Shown here: positions 47,065 through 52,676 of the stretch, in pieces
How the letters are laid out: the number at the start of each line of letters is the position of its first letter
How positions within the stretch are numbered: the first letter of the stretch is position 1
Virus record (IMG/VR): IMGVR_UViG_3300046779_001841
Span: 1-64,000 of that record
Strand: one strand, 5' to 3'
Source: a virus
Lineage: Duplodnaviria > Caudoviricetes
DNA: 64,000 nt
Translations under genes and position numbers: made by a program
The notes under the pieces: generated by a model
Databases searched by the model: none
Seen by the model: only the letters and a program-made list of their open reading frames with translations
Told to the model about the DNA's origin: nothing

Positions 47065-48852
47065 ATGAAACCTACTTTATCAGAATTTATTGATTCAGCT
47101 AAAGAATCACTACTTGCTATTATTGAACAATCTAAAAGATTAAAGAAAACTTTCAACACTGAAAGAACTTTTGTTGCAGAATTGAAAACAAAAGCAAATT
47201 TTAAGAAATTTATGAAAGACTATGCAGGTAAAAAAAACCTAGAAACTAGAATCAATCCACTATCATATATTGTTAGAGATGCTTTATTTGACCCAACTTA
47301 TGATTTAAATGCTAAACTTATTGATTTGGAATCTTTCCTAAGAATGTCTTATAAAGAAACTTATCCAGAAGATACAAAAGCAGAAAGAGAAAGAGAAAAA
47401 AGAAGTAAAGCATTTGAAAAAGATGTTCGTGGAACACAAAAAGCAGAAACACAAGCTAAGAAAGATTATGTTGCGATCTTTACTACAATGAACTCTGTAT
47501 TACAAACAGATTTTACACAATCAAATGGTAACAGTCGAGTATTTACAAGTAAATTGAAAGCCTATGGTCAAAGTTCAAATAATGCTATTGGCAAATTCAT
47601 TGAAACATATTTTGCAGGTAGTGATAATGCAGAAAGCAGGATTAACACTTTTATCTATGCAATAAGAGATAACTACTTTCCATCCACATCACCAGATGCA
47701 CCTAAAAATCCAAGAGCAATGTTTGATAAAAAACTTGCAGGTATTGTTAAGTCATCACATAAAAATAGAGTGTTAAATGAAGAAAGAGAAGCACTAGAAT
47801 CTGTTATTCCAGAATCCTTTTTGCAATATTTACCAAGTACTTTAATCGTTGAAGTAGATAAGAACAGTAAAATCACAAAGATCCGATCTAAATTTGCAGA
47901 AAGAATTAATGACATTGGTGCAAAAATTGAAAGACAAAAAGATTTACTCAAGAACTTAACTAAACTTGAATTGAAAATCAAAAAAGATCTTAAAAGCACT
48001 GATCATGATACTAAGATGAAAGCACTTATTATCTATTTAATGCTAGATACTGGTATTCGACCTGGTGCAGAACAAAATAAGATTAGAAATCCTGATTTTG
48101 AAGTCGATGCTCTTACAGATGAAGATGATGAAGATGAATATGATGAATTTTTAGAAACTTATGGTGCGACCACTCTTAATAAACAACATATTCTTTTTGT
48201 TAGAGAGAATTTTATATCTTTAAAGTTTAGAGGTAAAAAAGGTACAATCAATTTGGCAGATATAAGTGATGCAACTTTAGTTAAAGCCATTAAAGATCTT
48301 GTAGAGAAAACACGAAATGTGGAAAGAAGTAATTATCTTTTCTTAGATAGTGCAGGTCAAATTTTTGACCAACCAAAAATCACTGCATATTTAAGAGCAA
48401 TTATTCCTGGTCTTAATTTAACAGATTTTAGAAAATTGAAATCATCAAGAGTTCTTTTAGATGCTTTAAGAGAGAAACAAGAAATTCTTTTACAAAAGAT
48501 TTATGATTTGAACCAACAACAAGTAGAAGATTTAAAAGAACAAGTCATTTCTTTAATTGAAGAAGTTGTTGAAGAATCTTTTGAACAATCTATGGTTGCA
48601 TTAAGTCATCAGAATATGAACACTACTATTAAATCTTATATCAATCCACAAGTCTTACTTAATTTCTTATCCACTGGTAAAGTAGCAGATAAACTTGAAG
48701 ATATTGTTTTAAATCAACAAAATTTGAAATTTGACCCACAAGTCTTTATTACATCTGCAATAGCTTATGGTAGTGCTATTGGTGAATTGACACAAGGTGC
48801 ATCAACAACAAGGACTGCATCTTTAAGAGAATTGTTTAGAATGATAGCTTAA
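47065..48852 (+). CDS. DNA topoisomerase IB with long N-terminal extension
   Basis: TGIRPG (catalytic R), YGATTL, FRGKKG, DFRKL and LSH...KSYINP (catalytic H and Y). ATG 47065 is 7 nt after GGAG. Confidence 0.85.
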   Translation: MKPTLSEFIDSAKESLLAIIEQSKRLKKTFNTERTFVAELKTKANFKKFMKDYAGKKNLETRINPLSYIVRDALFDPTYDLNAKLIDLESFLRMSYKETYPEDTKAEREREKRSKAFEKDVRGTQKAETQAKKDYVAIFTTMNSVLQTDFTQSNGNSRVFTSKLKAYGQSSNNAIGKFIETYFAGSDNAESRINTFIYAIRDNYFPSTSPDAPKNPRAMFDKKLAGIVKSSHKNRVLNEEREALESVIPESFLQYLPSTLIVEVDKNSKITKIRSKFAERINDIGAKIERQKDLLKNLTKLELKIKKDLKSTDHDTKMKALIIYLMLDTGIRPGAEQNKIRNPDFEVDALTDEDDEDEYDEFLETYGATTLNKQHILFVRENFISLKFRGKKGTINLADISDATLVKAIKDLVEKTRNVERSNYLFLDSAGQIFDQPKITAYLRAIIPGLNLTDFRKLKSSRVLLDALREKQEILLQKIYDLNQQQVEDLKEQVISLIEEVVEESFEQSMVALSHQNMNTTIKSYINPQVLLNFLSTGKVADKLEDIVLNQQNLKFDPQVFITSAIAYGSAIGELTQGASTTRTASLRELFRMIA

Positions 48853-48924
48853 TAAAATTTTTGTAAAAATAAAAAAGAAAACTTATAAGCATAAGTGCAT
48901 TCTCACAACAAAAGGAAAAATGAA

Positions 48925-49500
48925 ATGCACTCATTAATCAAAATCAAAAAAGATCGTGTGTCTTTAGATGTTACTGGCAAGACATTGACATTAGGATTTA
49001 ATTCTTTTCGTATTGGTGTTAATATGAATATTCCATCATCATTGGATATTATTGATAACAATATTTGTGTGTCTTTTGAAAATCAAACATATTCGTTCGC
49101 TGGTTTAAATTTAAAAGAGATTGAGATCAGTCCAACACCTGTTAAACAAGAACCACCTAAAATTGTAAAAAAACAAAAGCCTACTCTCAATGCAAAAAGA
49201 TATTGTTTAGATGTTGAAAGATTACATCCTTTGACTGCATCTGTATTACTCGCTTGTTCAAAAGAAAACTTATCAAGAACTGAAATTTTTCAAAAAATCT
49301 TAGATAAGAAGAATTATGAGAAATTTCTAAATTTGGAAAAGTATCGTAGAAGTTATGATTACTATCGTCCACTACTTTGGGCTTTGGAAAAAGAAGGTAT
49401 GTTAGCTTGTGATTATACTGCTGGCAGACAAGCGAAGCAACATCGTTTTGCGACTACACAAAAAGGTATGGATTTTCTTCTTCAAATTAGATCAAAATAA
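48925..49500 (+). CDS. Hypothetical protein with C-terminal winged-helix-like domain
   Basis: SRTEIFQKI...LLWALEKEGML...RFATTQKG resembles a PadR/wHTH pattern. Confidence 0.55.
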   Translation: MHSLIKIKKDRVSLDVTGKTLTLGFNSFRIGVNMNIPSSLDIIDNNICVSFENQTYSFAGLNLKEIEISPTPVKQEPPKIVKKQKPTLNAKRYCLDVERLHPLTASVLLACSKENLSRTEIFQKILDKKNYEKFLNLEKYRRSYDYYRPLLWALEKEGMLACDYTAGRQAKQHRFATTQKGMDFLLQIRSK

Positions 49501-49511
49501 ATTTCATAATC

Positions 49512-49543
49512 GTTGCAAAGATTGCTAATCCATAAGTGTTATA
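49512..49543 (+). promoter_or_regulatory. Class-E element, copy 6
   Basis: GTTGCAAAG-ATTGCTAATCCATA-AGTGTTATA. Confidence 0.8.
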
Positions 49544-49582
49544 TGTATGTCAATAATGACTAACACTTAAAGGATTTGAAAA

Positions 49583-50125
49583 ATGAATATTCAAGATTTC
49601 AAAAATAATGCTAATGCTCTTCTCATGGTAACAAGTGATGATTGGTCTAAAAATTTTATCCAATCTTTACTTGATCAAGTAAATGCAGGTAGGACTTTAA
49701 GTGAAAAACAATTAAATCTCTTTAACAAGAAGTTGGATAATATGTTAAATCCACCAGAACCTGTAGAAGTAGATCAAGAGTTCTTAAAGCAAATAAATCT
49801 CTTGAAAACAAAAACAAAGTCTGCATGGCTTTTAGGTTTTTGTGATTCAATCACTACTCAACTTAAAGGTGGTAAAACATTAAGTGGAAAACAAATGGAT
49901 ATTTTTAAAGCTAAATATGACAAATTGGTTTTAAAGATTAAACCACCAAAAGAAATCCAATCTCTTGAAGAAGAAAGAAGAAATGATAGTGGTTGGAATG
50001 TATCCATTTCCACTGAATGGAATCATAGTTGGATTTGTGAAAGAGAAGATAGTGGTTGGGGTGGTGAGAGAGAAGATTCTGGTTGGGAAGGTGATGGTTG
50101 GGGTGGTAGTGATGGTGAATGGTAA
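49583..50125 (+). CDS. Hypothetical protein with duplicated helical module and Trp/Gly/acidic tail
   Basis: W..F..S+..Q...G+TLS.KQ occurs twice, and DSGW occurs three times near the C-terminus. Confidence 0.75.
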   Translation: MNIQDFKNNANALLMVTSDDWSKNFIQSLLDQVNAGRTLSEKQLNLFNKKLDNMLNPPEPVEVDQEFLKQINLLKTKTKSAWLLGFCDSITTQLKGGKTLSGKQMDIFKAKYDKLVLKIKPPKEIQSLEEERRNDSGWNVSISTEWNHSWICEREDSGWGGEREDSGWEGDGWGGSDGEW

Positions 50126-50158
50126 AAACAAAACACTTTCAAAACAAAGGAAAAACAA

Positions 50159-50491
50159 ATGACAAATTTAGTAAATTGCACACCACATGATGTTAAAATT
50201 CTTGTAAATGATAAAGAATTGGTTATCAAACCATCTGGTATTTTACCAAGAGTAGATCAAAAGAAAGAAGTTGGTCAAACACTTTCTTTTGGTGGTTTAG
50301 ATATTCCTACTATCACTACAAAAATAGGTGGTATTGTAGGATTGCCAGATCAAACAGAAAACACTTACTTAATTGTATCTGTTTTTGTTTTAGAAGAAGG
50401 CAAGAAAGCTGGTAGAACAGATTTACTTGCTCCAGATACTCTAAGAGATAGTGCAGGTAATATAATTGGTTGTAAAGGTTTCATATCTTAA
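50159..50491 (+). CDS. Conserved phage hypothetical protein
   Basis: NCTPHDV...PSG...GLP...LIVS...RTDLLAPD..RDSAGNIIGC is a pattern common in phages. Confidence 0.75.
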   Translation: MTNLVNCTPHDVKILVNDKELVIKPSGILPRVDQKKEVGQTLSFGGLDIPTITTKIGGIVGLPDQTENTYLIVSVFVLEEGKKAGRTDLLAPDTLRDSAGNIIGCKGFIS

Positions 50492-50497
50492 TATAAG
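50489..50497 (+). promoter_or_regulatory. Class-M motif TAATATAAG
   Basis: 30 nt upstream of 50528. Confidence 0.55.
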
Positions 50498-50527
50498 TAT
50501 ATACCTACACATAAAAGGGAAAAACAC

Positions 50528-51271
50528 ATGGAAGATTTTATCTGCAGTATTTGTGGTGAAAAACCACAAGAGATAGCAATCAAATGGAATCAAGACCTTA
50601 AAAAAGGTTGGTGTCTTTGTACAGAATGTAGAGATAAATATCGTGGTGTTAAACAACATAAAAATAGAATAGAGAAAGATAGCTATAATTATTTCACAAC
50701 CACTATCAGACAATTATTGCTTAGACATGGCTTTACTTTAAATGAAAGAACCACTGGCAGTTTAAGAATGGAAAATTTTGTTGCATGGTCTTTAAGAGCA
50801 ACTGCACCTAATGATTACTTTCTTAAAATCTCTTTAAATGTAGAAAGAAAAGAAGAAAGAGATTATCTTTATCAATGGACTATCAAGACATTTGATCCAA
50901 ATGATAATTATCTTAAACAGATAGAATCTGATAGACCAAATGTACCTATGATGAAAGATTTTTTAAATGAGTTTTTAACATATATCGGTAGCAATCCATA
51001 TGAATATTTTAGATCAACATTTAAATCCATTTTGACTAAACATAACATACCCATAGATGAAAAATCTGAAGATAGTGAAGTATCTACATATAAAGGAATG
51101 TATACAAGTAATCGGTATCGTTGGGAAGCAAAAATAGAAAAAGATTTTAAATGGAATGTAAAATTCTATGCACTCAAAGGAAAATCAAAGATACTAGAAG
51201 AATATTCTGGCAATTCCTTTGTCATTACACCATTGAAAGAATTTTTTAACAAGGTCGTTAAAAAATATTGA
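50528..51271 (+). CDS. Hypothetical protein with N-terminal zinc finger
   Basis: CSIC...CTEC. Confidence 0.7.
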   Translation: MEDFICSICGEKPQEIAIKWNQDLKKGWCLCTECRDKYRGVKQHKNRIEKDSYNYFTTTIRQLLLRHGFTLNERTTGSLRMENFVAWSLRATAPNDYFLKISLNVERKEERDYLYQWTIKTFDPNDNYLKQIESDRPNVPMMKDFLNEFLTYIGSNPYEYFRSTFKSILTKHNIPIDEKSEDSEVSTYKGMYTSNRYRWEAKIEKDFKWNVKFYALKGKSKILEEYSGNSFVITPLKEFFNKVVKKY

Positions 51272-51281
51272 GAGATTTTAA

Positions 51282-51527
51282 ATGTTAAAAGTTTTGTTTG
51301 TTGTGAAGAATGAAGAAATCATATCTATTCTAAATGAATCCATAGAAATGGTCTTACCTGTAGAATATGATTATATTGTATGGTTGCCTATGAATATTTG
51401 GTTTGGCAATCATGTTCGATTTATTAGTGATCGTAAAGTAGAAAGAATAAAAGATTTAAATCCAAAGAGATACATATATATCAAAGAAGTATGGGATAAA
51501 TTTAAAGAAGATATAAAACAAGATTAA
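51282..51527 (+). CDS. Hypothetical protein
   Basis: 81-aa ORF in the same orientation, GAGA upstream. Confidence 0.55.
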   Translation: MLKVLFVVKNEEIISILNESIEMVLPVEYDYIVWLPMNIWFGNHVRFISDRKVERIKDLNPKRYIYIKEVWDKFKEDIKQD

Positions 51528-51529
51528 AC

Positions 51530-51904
51530 TTATCCAATAAAACTTTCCCAAGTATCTACAATATCTTCTAAAAATTTTTTAGCAACATCTAGCTTAATTT
51601 CTGTTGTTTTACTTGCTTTAAAATTATGATTTAGATCTTTAGTTTTACCTTCTGCATTCTTAAAGATAACTTTAATAACACCATCACGATGTTTTTTCAT
51701 AGAAATAACAGCAGAACCTGAACCATCTTTAGCAATAATTTCATAATCTCTTTCTGCTTTAATATCATAGTTTTTTTTAGGAAACTTAGTAGGTAGAAAT
51801 TCATCAAAAAATTCAATATAGTCTTCATATTCTTCTTTTGCAATACGAAGTGTTTGAATTTTTGCAAGACGGGCTTCAAGAGATGCGAGTTTACGATTAA
51901 ACAT
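51530..51904 (-). CDS. Leader-family protein (MFNRKLASLEARLAKIQTLRIA)
   Basis: Leader motif, AGGA RBS. Confidence 0.85.
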   Translation of the reverse strand: MFNRKLASLEARLAKIQTLRIAKEEYEDYIEFFDEFLPTKFPKKNYDIKAERDYEIIAKDGSGSAVISMKKHRDGVIKVIFKNAEGKTKDLNHNFKASKTTEIKLDVAKKFLEDIVDTWESFIG

Positions 51905-51959
51905 TTTTTATGTCCTATTAAAGAGTTTGTTTATTAAGAAGAAAAAAATTAAATAAATA

Positions 51960-52664
51960 TTAAACCATAGTTTGTGCAAACGCTTGCCAAGTCACATTAC
52001 TAAAAGTACCTGTTCTACCTGTAGCAGTATCTGTAGTTAAAGTTCCACTACTTGTAGCGAGTAATAATAATCTTGAACCAGAGATATTAGATAATGGTGA
52101 AGAAGGTCTAGTGAAAGCAGTAGTATAAACAGGATCACCTTTAACCCATCTAAAATTAGTCATCCATCCACCAAAAGAAGCACCTGCTGATGGTGTAGAT
52201 TCATTACCGATAACAAGATTGTTGCTTGTATTGTTGAAGTTATAGCTATTAACTACGGTACTACCTAATTGAGTACCATCTTTCCAAACTTTAATATTAT
52301 TACTAGCATCTCTAGTCACTGCGAAATGAACCCATTTATTTTTATATGCAGAATCAGCCATAGCACTACCAAAAGTATTAGCACCACCATTAATCCAAAA
52401 ATAGAATTGACCTCCTTCAATACTAACACCCATAAAAGTAGATGGATAATTACCTATCGCCCAACATCTAGGAAAGCTATTGCTATCTGTTTGATATTGA
52501 AACCATTCAATACAAAAAGCACCTGTTTGTGGATACATATTACTATCTTGAGCATACGAAATATTAGAAGTGGAAAGACCTGTAAATTTCATAGTTCCTA
52601 CAAGAGCAAGATCAAAAGCTGGTGCAGAAGAAGGTTTTAAAATACCATGAGTGGCTTTAAACAT
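51960..52664 (-). CDS. LamG/ConA-like lectin protein, putative fibre-tip adhesin
   Basis: MFKATHGILKP N-terminus, WVHFAVTRD...VWKDG, LVIG and FGGWMTNFRWVKG. Lies directly downstream of the fibre gene. Confidence 0.8.
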   Translation of the reverse strand: MFKATHGILKPSSAPAFDLALVGTMKFTGLSTSNISYAQDSNMYPQTGAFCIEWFQYQTDSNSFPRCWAIGNYPSTFMGVSIEGGQFYFWINGGANTFGSAMADSAYKNKWVHFAVTRDASNNIKVWKDGTQLGSTVVNSYNFNNTSNNLVIGNESTPSAGASFGGWMTNFRWVKGDPVYTTAFTRPSSPLSNISGSRLLLLATSSGTLTTDTATGRTGTFSNVTWQAFAQTMV

Positions 52665-52676
52665 AAAAAAATCCTA

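Noticed and set aside
47065-48852. Protelomerase or integrase call for the large tyrosine-active-site protein
   Set aside because: The motifs (GIRPG, YGATTL, FRGKKG, DFR, SYINP) fit topoisomerase IB, not TGRR..E/HxLR protelomerase or integrase patterns.
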